A DNA stretch of 64,000 nt. It comes from an uncultured Candidatus Peregrinibacteria bacterium. Lineage in GTDB: Bacteria > Patescibacteriota > Gracilibacteria > Peribacterales > Peribacteraceae. Location: positions 1,639 to 65,638 of the forward strand of contig CALMES010000147.1 of NCBI GenBank assembly GCA_937863435.1. Reading direction: 5' to 3'. The notes below the pieces were generated by a model. That model made no database searches. It saw only the letters and a list, made by a program, of their open reading frames with translations, and had not been told where the DNA came from. The number at the start of each line of letters is the position of its first letter. The stretch's first letter is position 1. The position numbers and the translations under genes are program-made. Shown here piece after piece: positions 18,516 to 28,493 of the stretch.

Positions 18516-20276
18516 ATGCTACGTACCAACACCTGCGGCGAACTTACGGCTGCCTCAATCGATACCTCGGTCACACTATGCGGCTGGGTCAATACGCGCA
18601 GAGATCACGGTGGGCTCATCTTTATCGATCTTCGCGACCGATATGGCTTAACTCAGATCGTCTTTCATCCTGAGACGAATGCAGACGCTTTTGCGGTTGC
18701 CGAAACACTCCGCCCGGAGTGGGTGATTCAAGTGGAAGGAAAAGTAGCGAGGCGCTTAGAGGGAACGGAAAATAAGAAAATGCCGACCGGTGAAATCGAG
18801 ATTGTGGCGAGTAAGCTCACAGTCCTCAACAAAGCCAAAACACCGCCGTTTGAAATCGATAACGAAAAGCCGGTCAACGAGGAGCTGCGCCTGGAATACC
18901 GCTACCTCGATATGCGCCGCGAACGCATGCAGAAAAATATCATGCTGCGCAGCAAAGTTTTTCAGATCATCCGCCAGTATTTTACTGCGCAAGATTGTCT
19001 GGAAATCGATACGCCATGTCTCATAAAAGGCACGCCAGAAGGCGCTCGCGAATACCTGGTGCCGTCTCGCGTGTACCCGGGAAACTTCTTCGTACTGCCG
19101 CAAAGCCCGCAGCAGCTCAAGCAACTCTGCATGGTCGGCGGACTGGATAAATACTTTCAGATCGCCCGCTGCTTCCGCGACGAGGATTTGCGCGGCGACA
19201 GGCAGCCAGAATTCTTGCAGCTCGACTTCGAGATGAGCTTTGGCGACCAAGGGGATGTACAAAAAATCATTCAGGGATCAATCGAAGAGATCATCAGGCA
19301 GTGTTCGGATAAGCCGCTGAAAAACGGCAAAGTCGAGAAGCTCACGTGGAAACACGTGATGGATACCTATGGATCCGATAAGCCCGATTTGCGCTACGAT
19401 CTGCCGATTACGGATGTGTCGGAGATTTCCAAAAGCTGCGGATTTGAAGTGTTCGAGAAAGCACTCGCCGCCAACGGCACCGTTCGTGCGCTGCGCGTGC
19501 CAGGCGGCGCCGAGCTGAGCCGCAAGGAGATTGATACGTGGACAGAGCTCGTAAAAGAATTAAAGGCCAAAGGCCTCGCCTATATTCTCTTTAAGCCCGA
19601 AGGCCCAAGTTCGCCCCTGCTCAAATTCTTCAAGCCAGGATTTTTAGAACAACTACAAGAAGCAGCTGGCGCACAGGCGGGCGACGCATTGTTCTTTGGC
19701 GCCGACAAATACAAGATTGTGTGCGCCGCACTCAGCCGCGTACGCAGCGAAGCCGCCAAACGTTTCAACTTGATCGATACCTCTGTCCACGCCCTCTTCT
19801 GGGTGACAGACTTCCCGATGTTCGAGGAAAATGAGGATGGCACACTCACCTTCAGCCATCATCCGTTTACATCGCCGAATGTCGAGCAGTGGAAAAACCG
19901 CAAGGAGAAGCCGCTCGATGTGCATGCTGTGTGTTACGATCTCGTGCTCGACGGCTACGAACTAGGCTCGGGTTCCATCCGCATTCATAACCCTGAGTTG
20001 CAGCAGGAAGTATTCGACATGCTTGGCTTTAGTAAAGAGGATCAGCAGAAGCGCTTCGGCCATATGCTCAAGGCATTCGAGTATGGCGCGCCGCCGCACG
20101 GTGGTTTCGCCTACGGCATCGACCGCGTCGTGATGATCCTCGCTGGCGAACCGAACATTCGCGAGGTGACACCGTTCCCGAAGGATCAGAAAGCAAAGGA
20201 TTTGATGCTCGGTGCACCGTCGATGATGCCAAATAAGCAAGTGGAGGAGTTGGGCATCAAGATTGTGGAAGCGTAA
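18516..20276 (+). CDS. aspS: aspartate--tRNA ligase
   Basis: The N-terminus is MLRTNTCGELT. Class II motifs are present, including the FRDEDLRGDRQPEF region and GGFAYGIDR. Confidence 0.95.
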   Translation: MLRTNTCGELTAASIDTSVTLCGWVNTRRDHGGLIFIDLRDRYGLTQIVFHPETNADAFAVAETLRPEWVIQVEGKVARRLEGTENKKMPTGEIEIVASKLTVLNKAKTPPFEIDNEKPVNEELRLEYRYLDMRRERMQKNIMLRSKVFQIIRQYFTAQDCLEIDTPCLIKGTPEGAREYLVPSRVYPGNFFVLPQSPQQLKQLCMVGGLDKYFQIARCFRDEDLRGDRQPEFLQLDFEMSFGDQGDVQKIIQGSIEEIIRQCSDKPLKNGKVEKLTWKHVMDTYGSDKPDLRYDLPITDVSEISKSCGFEVFEKALAANGTVRALRVPGGAELSRKEIDTWTELVKELKAKGLAYILFKPEGPSSPLLKFFKPGFLEQLQEAAGAQAGDALFFGADKYKIVCAALSRVRSEAAKRFNLIDTSVHALFWVTDFPMFEENEDGTLTFSHHPFTSPNVEQWKNRKEKPLDVHAVCYDLVLDGYELGSGSIRIHNPELQQEVFDMLGFSKEDQQKRFGHMLKAFEYGAPPHGGFAYGIDRVVMILAGEPNIREVTPFPKDQKAKDLMLGAPSMMPNKQVEELGIKIVEA

Positions 20277-20295
20277 AAATTGATAGTCACCAATA

Positions 20296-20978
20296 GAGCG
20301 GCTTTTCTAGCCGCGGGGGTCGATCATTCTAGCCGCGGATGTCAATCATTATCACCTATTGATAATCATTCAATGACACCACATCCCACCTGCCCGATGC
20401 CAATGACCAAGGATAATCCTGTGGCGTCACGCATAATTCTGCCTTTACAGGATTTTGATGAATATATTTCAATGCCAGCCATGGCTCTCGAGCCAATCGG
20501 ATATGAAAACGAGACTGCCAGATTGGACCTCGACCAATATTGAAACTGACTGCTCGTTTATAAATGCCAATTGTTTTTGAGACAGAGCCACCTTCCGGAA
20601 CATTCATCAGAATATGGCAATGGTCGGGCATAATGACAAATCCAAATAGGAAAAATGGATAATGGGCTTGTATTTGATAGAGCGACTCGACTGCAATTCT
20701 GGCTGCTGCTGGATCGAAAAAAATATCTTTACGACCCTGGATATTGGTTGTAATTAACATGGGAAAACTGCTTTGTATAGGGTGACGCTGGGACATGCAG
20801 GTATTCTAAATGCCCGCGGGCAGAAAGCCCGCTCTGCAGGATCTGAATATTTTTCCAGCATCGAAAAATGATTATGCAGAAGCCATATTTGGCGTTCTAC
20901 GAATAAAAAGAACACCAATGCCATTTGGAGCGGGCTTTCTGCCCGCAGATTGATGTAAAATGGCCGCGGATATACATG
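20296..20978. mobile_element. RAYT-type Y1 transposase gene flanked by REP-like hairpins
   Basis: Hairpins lie at 20296-20343 on one side of the CDS at 20356-20796. Further hairpins lie at 20821-20850 and 20927-20978 on the other side. Confidence 0.65.
20356..20796 (-). CDS. REP-associated tyrosine transposase-like (IS200/IS605 Y1, COG1943-like)
   Basis: The HUH motif MPDHCHILM is present. The C-terminal segment IWQSRFH...LKYIHQNPVKAEL carries the catalytic Tyr context. Confidence 0.75.
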   Translation of the reverse strand: MSQRHPIQSSFPMLITTNIQGRKDIFFDPAAARIAVESLYQIQAHYPFFLFGFVIMPDHCHILMNVPEGGSVSKTIGIYKRAVSFNIGRGPIWQSRFHIRLAREPWLALKYIHQNPVKAELCVTPQDYPWSLASGRWDVVSLNDYQ

Positions 20979-21015
20979 AAATAAACATTCAAATATGGTT
21001 TTTTTGGCTTCCGTC

Positions 21016-21024
21016 TGCTATACT
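21016..21024 (+). promoter_or_regulatory. extended -10 box TGCTATACT
   Basis: It lies 6 nt upstream of the ATG at 21031. Confidence 0.5.
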
Positions 21025-21030
21025 ATCTTG

Positions 21031-21939
21031 ATGTCCCCGAACCCAATTCCAGACGACGAGGCGGCAAAAAAACTTCGCGCCCTGCGCGAGGAGGATATTC
21101 GTCGTGCATCCGCACTGGGGCAAAAACGTTCGGCGGAAGAGGCTGCCTTGCGTGAACATTTGCGGGAGAAAAAAGAGGAGGAGCAGCGACGCGGCGAGGC
21201 AGTAGCCCATGAACGAGACATGGCGTGGGAGCAGCAAGGCGAAGACAAGAAAGAGTTCTTTAAAGAAAAGAAGCAGCGCGACGCCGAGATCGCCGCCGAT
21301 AAAGAGCGTCGCGAAAAAGAGGCTAAGGCGCTGGAAGATTTGCATCTTGCTCATGTGGAACAGGAAAAGAAACGAAAGGCCTACATGGATGAATTGCATG
21401 CCGCTGCCAAAGAGAAGTTTGAAAAAGAGCAGGAGAAAAATTTGGCAGTACAAGCCAAGCTGAATGCCAGACAAGAAGCCGAACGGAAACTGATGGCTGA
21501 TAAAGATATGCTGCAAGCTGATGAGAGACGTCAAGAAGAGGAGCTGAACCGCGATATGCGCGCCAAGAAAGCCGTGATTGAAGAGCAGAAGAAAAAGAAT
21601 ATGTACGAGCTGGAACAATGGCTGCGCATGCAAACCTTTGCGATTGACAGCGATATCCGCACAAAAATGAATCACGCCAGAATGATGAGTCGTGAGGCTG
21701 GCAATCGCGAACTTCTCGACGTGCAGATGGAAGACAAGCGCCGCAAGGCAGCAGTAAAATCCGAGCACGAGAAACGCAAGGCAACCATCGACAACAACGC
21801 CCGTCTGCAAGTATCGGCGCTCGAAGCATTGGAGCGGACACAACTCACATCGATTCGCCTGGCGACAGCGTCAAAAATTGATGCCGCCGAACGCACGCTG
21901 CGCCGCAAGCTAGAAGAGATCGAGCGGGGGATGAAGTGA
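21031..21939 (+). CDS. K/E/R-rich coiled-coil protein, unknown function
   Basis: The start at MSPNPIPDDE is supported by the -10 geometry. The product is highly charged and heptad-like. The antisense ORF 20989-21843 is an L/F-rich mirror artefact. Confidence 0.6.
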   Translation: MSPNPIPDDEAAKKLRALREEDIRRASALGQKRSAEEAALREHLREKKEEEQRRGEAVAHERDMAWEQQGEDKKEFFKEKKQRDAEIAADKERREKEAKALEDLHLAHVEQEKKRKAYMDELHAAAKEKFEKEQEKNLAVQAKLNARQEAERKLMADKDMLQADERRQEEELNRDMRAKKAVIEEQKKKNMYELEQWLRMQTFAIDSDIRTKMNHARMMSREAGNRELLDVQMEDKRRKAAVKSEHEKRKATIDNNARLQVSALEALERTQLTSIRLATASKIDAAERTLRRKLEEIERGMK

Positions 21940-21993
21940 TGTACGAGAATTCCCGCTTTAGCTTACCAGCGGAACTGGGTACTATAGCCAGGC

Positions 21994-22079
21994 GCCCGGG
22001 TGGCGAAATGGCAGACGCATCAGCCTTAGGAGCTGACGAGAGCAATCTCATGGAGGTTCAAGTCCTCTCCCGGGCACCA
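21994..22079 (+). tRNA. tRNA-Leu (anticodon UAG), class II with long variable arm, CCA encoded
   Basis: The acceptor stem is GCCCGGG/CCCGGGC. The anticodon stem TCAGC/GCTGA carries the loop CTTAGGA. The T arm is GGAGG-TTCAAGT-CCTCT. The 3-prime end is ACCA. Confidence 0.9.
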
Positions 22080-22236
22080 CACAAAGCACCTTCAACGTCA
22101 CGTGCTGCACATCGGAGTGCTTAGGACATGCGAAAGTTCGGGCACGCAGGCGTGGCGCAGCCCTTTCGCTCGGAAAGAATGAGGCTTTCTGCAACCTCAC
22201 TTCAACGAGTTCTGCACCTCAGGCGGTACAATGTAT

Positions 22237-22854
22237 CTATTGCCCGCCAATGCGGCGGTAATACCGAAGGGTCGCAGTTCCCCAGCCCATATCGCATGGC
22301 TCGACCAAGATTTCCTCCAGGGCATCGGATTCTATTTTGAGCGGATTGGCGATGATGGCATGCGCGCCGGGCTTCATCCCTTCGAGCGTGCGCCTCATGC
22401 GCAGCAGCAGATCCGGACCAAAGCAGGTGGCATGCGAAAAGACAATGTCGGCATCGGCAATATCGGCATCGAACATATCGCCTTGAATAAATGAGATCTC
22501 CTGAGTGCGCCTATAGTCATCCAGCGTCTGACAAATTTCTTTGTCATAGATTGCGAGCACTTCCTGCGATGCACGGTGAAGATCGGGCACCAATTCCACG
22601 CCGACGCATTTACGAAACGGAAATTGCAGCGCGGCATAGAAGACCGCTTTGCCCGTACCAGAGCCAAGATCGTAGAACACCTGGCCCTGCTTCGGATTGA
22701 CGCGTGACAAAAAAGTCTCGACCGCCTTGGGCGTTACTTCGCCATACGTAAGCTCGAACGCTGTGTATTGCCTGTACGACTCTTTCGCCTTCGACGAAAT
22801 CGCATGACCGGAGATGGACGCAAAGAGCCGGCTGTCGATTGCAGCAATGTCCAT
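22237..22854 (-). CDS. DOT1-like class I SAM-dependent methyltransferase
   Basis: The segment YGEVTPKAV...VFYDLGSGTGKAV...GVE...GDMF...IVFSHATCFGPDL...MKPGAHAI aligns by eye with the DOT1 catalytic core (YGE, DLGSGVG, GVE, GDF, FVNNFAFGPE, MKEGGRI). Confidence 0.6.
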   Translation of the reverse strand: MDIAAIDSRLFASISGHAISSKAKESYRQYTAFELTYGEVTPKAVETFLSRVNPKQGQVFYDLGSGTGKAVFYAALQFPFRKCVGVELVPDLHRASQEVLAIYDKEICQTLDDYRRTQEISFIQGDMFDADIADADIVFSHATCFGPDLLLRMRRTLEGMKPGAHAIIANPLKIESDALEEILVEPCDMGWGTATLRYYRRIGGQ

Positions 22855-22885
22855 AGATGTACAAAGACAAAATGAGCTGTTATCA

Positions 22886-24658
22886 CTAGCTTACTCCTGC
22901 CGCCTTTTGAATCTTCTGCAGGGTATCAATGAGCATGGCGGGGTCTGTCATGGTTTCGCGAAGCTGCGATTCGATCCTGCCAATATACTTCTGTTCCATG
23001 GCATGAATCGCCGCAATAGCCTGCCTGCCGATTGCCACCTGCATCCGGCCTGTCGAGGTTTCGGTTGTGATTGCAATGCTGCCGTTTGTCAGATTGGCTG
23101 CCAGCTGCGGATCTGCTTTTTTCAGAGCTGCGGCTATTGACAGAATCTCCCGCGTCGCGGCTTCAGTCCCGCGCTCAGATTTTACGGCCTCCGGTGCCGC
23201 CGCCGGATTCGGATTGACCGGGGCAGTTGTATCGACACCACCTGTCACCACCTTCTTTATCTCTTCCAGAGCCTTGATGTCGGCTTCGTAGCCGTGCATT
23301 TCGGCAATCAGACTTTTGCGGATCGGCTCCAGCGCCGCAATCTCGGCATTGTTGCGCTCTATCTGCCGTGTAAATTCATCCAGACGATTTTTCAGCTGCG
23401 CTTTGACGACAGCATCCGTTGTTTTGTCCATGTCCTGCTTCATGGTCTGGATTTCGCCTTCATTGAACGCATTATTAGCCTTCAGATCTTTTTCGCGCAC
23501 TTCCTTCTCTCCGATTTTGAGCGTCAGCGCATTAATCTTGGCCGTACGCTCGGCAATCAGAGCGTCCGCCCCCACCTTGCGATCGGCAAGCTCCTTCTGG
23601 AGCGCCTCACGATTGGCGGCCGGAACTGCGCCGGAAACGGCTTCAGGCGCAAGCGGCTTGCCATCCGGCCCCACAGCCGGCCTCTGCCCCTCCTCTCCGG
23701 CCAGTTTGTTGTACGAACCGTCTTTGATGCTCTGAAGCAATGAATAGGCCAGAATTGCCAGCTGAATCATGCCACCGATTTTATTGCCGGAATTTTTCAT
23801 TTCCTGCTGTACGATTTTCATTTCGGCCTGAATGCGCTCGCCGTTTGTCTTGGCACTATCGCGCTCAGCTACGAGCTTCTTCATAAGAGCTTCATCTTCC
23901 GGGCTCTTGCGTTTTGACTCTGATGCATCATCTGTCTCGGGATATGCCGCCTGGAACGTAGCGGTCATTTCTGCATGCGCCTTCCTGAGAGCGGCTGCTT
24001 CTTCGGGCTTTAAGCCGATCTTCGCAGCTTCTGCTGGCGTCAAGCCGTCCATCATCATTCTTGACGTCAGTTTTCCGTCTTGCTGCAGTTGAGCGACTTT
24101 TCTTCCAAGATCTGGACCGAGAGTCTTGGCGAATTTCTCCTGAGCCATACCTTCCACTGCCATAAATTTTACGTTCTCTGGCGACAAGGTATTCATATTT
24201 GCATTAAACTCTGCCTTCTTGTCGGGAGTCATATCTTTTGTTGTATTTTCAATGTGACTTTTTTCTGCTGGCGAGAGAGACTTTGCCCAATCTTGCGTGT
24301 CGCCGCCTTTCTCTAGCTTTGGCGCAAGCACCGTGCCTTCGCCAGGAATTCTTGCCCGTGCAGCTTCCGCTCTTGCCTTTACGGCTGCAACTAATTTTGC
24401 TGCCGCCTCCGAACTTGGCGGAGGGGCAAGCACTGTGCCTTCGCCGAATTTTGACATTTTGGTGAGCGAGTCAGCTGCGTCTTTCGTCACATCTTCTGCA
24501 TGCGTGATTTTGTTCTGAGCCTCTTGCCTAGGATCTCTGCCCGTTTCTCCGGGCTTGGGCGACTCAGTTTTCACTTCGGCAGTTGTCGGCTTTGGCATTT
24601 CTGCACCAAAAATCAATCGTTGCTCCCTCTCGCCCATAAAGAAATGTGAATACTTCAT
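22886..24658 (-). CDS. hypothetical Lys/Ala/Glu-rich coiled-coil protein (590 aa)
   Basis: An intact ORF with the motif GEGTVLAP present twice. It has one internal hydrophobic segment, GGMIQLAILAYSLLQSI. No family recognised. Confidence 0.6.
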   Translation of the reverse strand: MKYSHFFMGEREQRLIFGAEMPKPTTAEVKTESPKPGETGRDPRQEAQNKITHAEDVTKDAADSLTKMSKFGEGTVLAPPPSSEAAAKLVAAVKARAEAARARIPGEGTVLAPKLEKGGDTQDWAKSLSPAEKSHIENTTKDMTPDKKAEFNANMNTLSPENVKFMAVEGMAQEKFAKTLGPDLGRKVAQLQQDGKLTSRMMMDGLTPAEAAKIGLKPEEAAALRKAHAEMTATFQAAYPETDDASESKRKSPEDEALMKKLVAERDSAKTNGERIQAEMKIVQQEMKNSGNKIGGMIQLAILAYSLLQSIKDGSYNKLAGEEGQRPAVGPDGKPLAPEAVSGAVPAANREALQKELADRKVGADALIAERTAKINALTLKIGEKEVREKDLKANNAFNEGEIQTMKQDMDKTTDAVVKAQLKNRLDEFTRQIERNNAEIAALEPIRKSLIAEMHGYEADIKALEEIKKVVTGGVDTTAPVNPNPAAAPEAVKSERGTEAATREILSIAAALKKADPQLAANLTNGSIAITTETSTGRMQVAIGRQAIAAIHAMEQKYIGRIESQLRETMTDPAMLIDTLQKIQKAAGVS

Positions 24659-25029
24659 TGTTTGGAAGGGGAAGGAGTTGCGGTAAATGCTGCGTCGAGT
24701 TTGGCCATCACTTCTTCTTCTCTCTGCTTATCCTGTTGCTCAGCAGAGGACAAAATGTCGCGCTTGGTTTTTGCGACCATTTGCGAAAAGTCCTGTGACC
24801 AGATTTTGAATGCCTCTTCATACGCTGCATAGGCCTTGTCGTAGCGCTGGTAACGCACTTTACGCGCCTCCGGCGTTTCCTGTGGATAGCGCTCGTCGAG
24901 GTGCGGCAAATTCGTGGAAACGAGCTCTAGCTCAATGTCGCCCATGAGCGCGTCGTAGATATCGACACCCGCTGGCATTTGAATGCCGAGCGCCGTAAGA
25001 CCCGTGGTTGTTTGTGTATTTTCGGCCAT
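24655..25029 (-). CDS. hypothetical protein (124 aa)
   Basis: There is a 4-nt overlap with the downstream 590-aa gene. TGCTATAAT at 25040-25048 lies 10 nt upstream. Confidence 0.55.
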   Translation of the reverse strand: MAENTQTTTGLTALGIQMPAGVDIYDALMGDIELELVSTNLPHLDERYPQETPEARKVRYQRYDKAYAAYEEAFKIWSQDFSQMVAKTKRDILSSAEQQDKQREEEVMAKLDAAFTATPSPSKQ

Positions 25030-25039
25030 AAATCTGATT

Positions 25040-25048
25040 ATTATAGCA
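25040..25048 (-). promoter_or_regulatory. extended -10 box TGCTATAAT
   Basis: The minus-strand motif lies 10 nt upstream of the ATG at 25029. Confidence 0.45.
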
Positions 25049-25143
25049 GAAAACCCTCTTTGAGGGAACTACCAATTTCCAATAAGCTAACTCCCAAGCA
25101 GGATTTGGCTATTTTTTGGTAGTTGGGAATTGGTGATTGGGAA

Positions 25144-28100
25144 TTACTCCGCTACCACTTTTGCTTCTACCAGTTTCTTTTCTTTCTGAGACTTCTTCTG
25201 AAGTGCTGCAATTTCAACGGTCAGTTCCGGCAAATAATCTTTCGTGCCGGCCTTGCGGATCAAATCTGCTTCGTTGATACGCAGGGTTTGACTAGAGATA
25301 CGCCACTGCGGATTGACTTGCAGCAGCTGCATGATTTCTGCGGCTGTCACACGCGGATTGAGGGTGAGAACCACTTCGCGCTTGCCTTTAGACACCTCAT
25401 CGCTCTTGACGCGTGTCACACCACTTCTGCGGCACGCCATTTTGAGACGAATGATATTGAGCAGGTGAATAACTTGCTGCGGCAACTTGCCGTATTCTTC
25501 CAGAAGATCATTTTCGAACTCAGCCAAAATCGCCTCATCCTCTGCGCCAGCAAGCTTCTGGTAGATGCCGATTTTCTCCTGTTCTTCCGGAATATAAAAC
25601 GACGGAATGAGCGCTTCAAACGGCAGAATGATTTCGATGTTCTGCACTTCTTCCTCCACTTTACCGCCAGCCTTTAGCTCTTCGACAGCACTCTTGAGCA
25701 TGCGCAGATAATGACTCACGCCGACTGTCTGCATGTTGCCCGATTGATTGGCGCCCAAAATTTCTCCCGATCCACGGATTTCCAAATCGCGCATGGCGAT
25801 CTGAAAGCCGGAACCGAGTTCGGATGCCTCGACAATCGCGCGCAGGCGCTTTTTGGCGTCGTCCTTGAGACGCTGGGAATGATACAGGAAGTACGAATAC
25901 GCCTGAATCGGACCACGGCCAACGCGGCCGCGCAGCTGATACAGCTGCGACAAACCGAACTTTTCCGCTTCGTTTACAATGAGGGTGTTCGCCCGCGCCA
26001 AGTCGATACCGTTTTCGATGATGGTGGACGACACCAGCACATCAAACTTTCCTTCTTTGAACGCCATGATGCGCTCTTCGAGTAATTCCGGTTTGAGCTG
26101 GCCGTGCGTCACCACAAACTTGGCTTCCGGCACCAGTGCTCGGAGCTTCATGGCGAATGCATCGATCGTTTGCACGCGGTTATGCAGCACGTACACCTGT
26201 CCTTTGCGTGCCAATTCTTTCTGAATCGCCTCCCGGATAAGCGAATCGGAATACTTGCGCACTTCGGTAATAATCGGCAGGCGGCCCGGCGGGGGAGTGG
26301 TGATAATGGTGATGTCACGTAGCTTATGAAGACCAAGGTTGAGTGTGCGTGGAATCGGTGTGGCTGTGAGCGTGAGAATATCCACAGCCGCACGCATGGA
26401 CTTCATGATTTCTTTCTGCTTTACCCCGAAGCGCTGCTCCTCATCGATGATGACAAGTCCTAAATTGAAGAATTTTACATCTTCCTGAAGCAATCGATGC
26501 GTACCGACCACAATATCCAAGTCACCTTTGCGCAATTTTTCGAGCACAACCGCCTGCTCCTGCTTGCTACGGAAACGCGAGAGCATATCGATGCGGATAT
26601 TAAAGCCCTTCATGCGCTCCAGTAAGCTCTTGTAATGCTGATCAGCCAAGATGGTGATCGGACTGAGCAGGGCCACCTGCTTGCCGCCCTGCACCGCCTT
26701 AAATGCCGCGCGCATGGCAACTTCTGTTTTTCCGAATCCCACATCTCCACACACCAGACGATCCATCGGATGATCACCCTCCATATCCCGTTTTAGGTCT
26801 TCAATAGCCTTCATCTGGCCCGGCGTCTCTTCGTAGGGGAATGCCTCATCAAACTTCTTCTGCGCCTCTGTATCGTCACCGTAACGATGTCCTTTGGCCT
26901 TGGCACGTTTGGCATAGATCTCCAGAAGCTCTTTGGCGATGCGCTGGGTTTCTTCGGAAATTTTCTTGGTGATGCGCTTCCAGTCGGCAGCACCCAGGCG
27001 CGTGAGTACCGGCTCATCCCCTTCTTCATGCACGAATTTGCTGAGTTTATCCGCCTGATCGACCGGCACAAACAATTTGTCGTTTTCGGCGTACGTAATC
27101 TCCAGATATTCGCGCGCCAGGCCATCCACTTCCTTCTGCGTCATTCCTTCAAAACAGCCGATACCATGTTCCATGTGCACCACGAAATCACCAACCTGCA
27201 GAGAGGTAATAAAGTCGAGAGCCAGGCGCTGTACTGAGCGCTGCTTGTTTTCTTTTTTGAGCGAGAATATTTCGCGGTCAGTAATGAGGGCGCATTTCAA
27301 ATCCGGATTCTGGAGTGAGTGTGGCAGCAGTGCATCTTTATCAGCCGGCACAATCGTAATCGCGCCTTTGCGGCGTTCGCCGGTCAAAAACTGCACTTTC
27401 TCCTCCGTTAAAATGGCTTCCAGCTCAACTGCGCGCTTGGTGACGATAATGAGTGACCATTCCTGATGTAACTTATCTTTTACATCGTTGATAAAATCAG
27501 GAAGGGTGTAGAACTTCAGAACCGATAAATAGCGCACGTGCACATGACCCTCTTCCGACTGCGGAAAGGAAGTGAAGTGCAGTGTGTCTACACCTTTAAG
27601 TGACTCGATTTCATCCTGATCATCAAGTACCAACAATTTATTTTTAGGAAACTGACGCGCGAGCGGTGCTGTCTTTGTCCAGGTGAGTGGATACAAGACA
27701 ATTGTTCCTTCGTGATCTGCCGTGATTCCTAAATTATAACGATCAACTTTTGAGATTTTTTCCACCGTATCAAAAGCGAACTGGATGCGGAAAGAATGAT
27801 CTGCACCCACCGGATAAATATCGAGCGTGTCACCGGTGCGACGGTATTCCCCTGTGGATAAATACGGATCATTGCCGTGTGAGTAACCACAATCAATGAG
27901 CTGACTGAAAAGATCTGTGAAATCAATTTTCTGACCAACCTTCAATTCAATTGCACGTTCTTCCATTTCGGAAAAAAGCGGCAATTCACGCTCCCATAAA
28001 CCTTTCTCAATGAGCGAGACACCGCCTCCATGAAACAGATGCACCAGGCTGGCGATATGGTCAGCAGTGACTTCCTCTTCCGGAAAATGAATCACATCTG

Positions 28101-28323
28101 TTTTCTGCTCAAAAAATTGCAGCCAATGAACCAATCCCTCTACGCGCGTTTCATCTTCTGTCACCACTACCGCACTACGCGGTTCTAAATGCAGAATATG
28201 ACTTAAAAGCATCGCCTTTGCCGTTTCATTTGATGCGCCGGACACCGTGAGTTCCTGACGGTCGCGCAAAAGAGCGATGAGCTCGCTATGAGTTGTAGGA
28301 CCGATAAAGAGTGATGGCTTCAT
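25144..28323 (-). CDS. mfd: transcription-repair coupling factor
   Basis: The 1059-aa product has SF2 helicase motifs (GDVGFGKTEVA, DEEQRFGV, TATPIPRTL) and a TRCF-type C-terminus. Confidence 0.95.
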   Translation of the reverse strand: MKPSLFIGPTTHSELIALLRDRQELTVSGASNETAKAMLLSHILHLEPRSAVVVTEDETRVEGLVHWLQFFEQKTDVIHFPEEEVTADHIASLVHLFHGGGVSLIEKGLWERELPLFSEMEERAIELKVGQKIDFTDLFSQLIDCGYSHGNDPYLSTGEYRRTGDTLDIYPVGADHSFRIQFAFDTVEKISKVDRYNLGITADHEGTIVLYPLTWTKTAPLARQFPKNKLLVLDDQDEIESLKGVDTLHFTSFPQSEEGHVHVRYLSVLKFYTLPDFINDVKDKLHQEWSLIIVTKRAVELEAILTEEKVQFLTGERRKGAITIVPADKDALLPHSLQNPDLKCALITDREIFSLKKENKQRSVQRLALDFITSLQVGDFVVHMEHGIGCFEGMTQKEVDGLAREYLEITYAENDKLFVPVDQADKLSKFVHEEGDEPVLTRLGAADWKRITKKISEETQRIAKELLEIYAKRAKAKGHRYGDDTEAQKKFDEAFPYEETPGQMKAIEDLKRDMEGDHPMDRLVCGDVGFGKTEVAMRAAFKAVQGGKQVALLSPITILADQHYKSLLERMKGFNIRIDMLSRFRSKQEQAVVLEKLRKGDLDIVVGTHRLLQEDVKFFNLGLVIIDEEQRFGVKQKEIMKSMRAAVDILTLTATPIPRTLNLGLHKLRDITIITTPPPGRLPIITEVRKYSDSLIREAIQKELARKGQVYVLHNRVQTIDAFAMKLRALVPEAKFVVTHGQLKPELLEERIMAFKEGKFDVLVSSTIIENGIDLARANTLIVNEAEKFGLSQLYQLRGRVGRGPIQAYSYFLYHSQRLKDDAKKRLRAIVEASELGSGFQIAMRDLEIRGSGEILGANQSGNMQTVGVSHYLRMLKSAVEELKAGGKVEEEVQNIEIILPFEALIPSFYIPEEQEKIGIYQKLAGAEDEAILAEFENDLLEEYGKLPQQVIHLLNIIRLKMACRRSGVTRVKSDEVSKGKREVVLTLNPRVTAAEIMQLLQVNPQWRISSQTLRINEADLIRKAGTKDYLPELTVEIAALQKKSQKEKKLVEAKVVAE

Positions 28324-28493
28324 GCTCTAAGAAAAGCGCTGCGCGCTATGTTAATAAAAATGATGACAATAGAGTGTTGTAGGCGACCACATTCTCTTCT
28401 CATCCAAAGGCGCTCCAACTAAAAACTATAAACCAATAACAAGAAACCTCTTCGGATGTTCGATATATCATCTACTTTCAACAGTATTATATC

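Noticed and set aside
20989-21843. A 284-aa minus-strand ORF overlapping the coiled-coil gene
   Set aside because: Its L/F/C-rich low-complexity product is the mirror of the K/E-rich plus-strand frame. The plus-strand gene also has a TGCTATACT box 6 nt upstream of its ATG.
21936-22124. A 62-aa ORF overlapping the tRNA-Leu gene
   Set aside because: The sequence folds into a complete class II tRNA cloverleaf, so the ORF is incidental.
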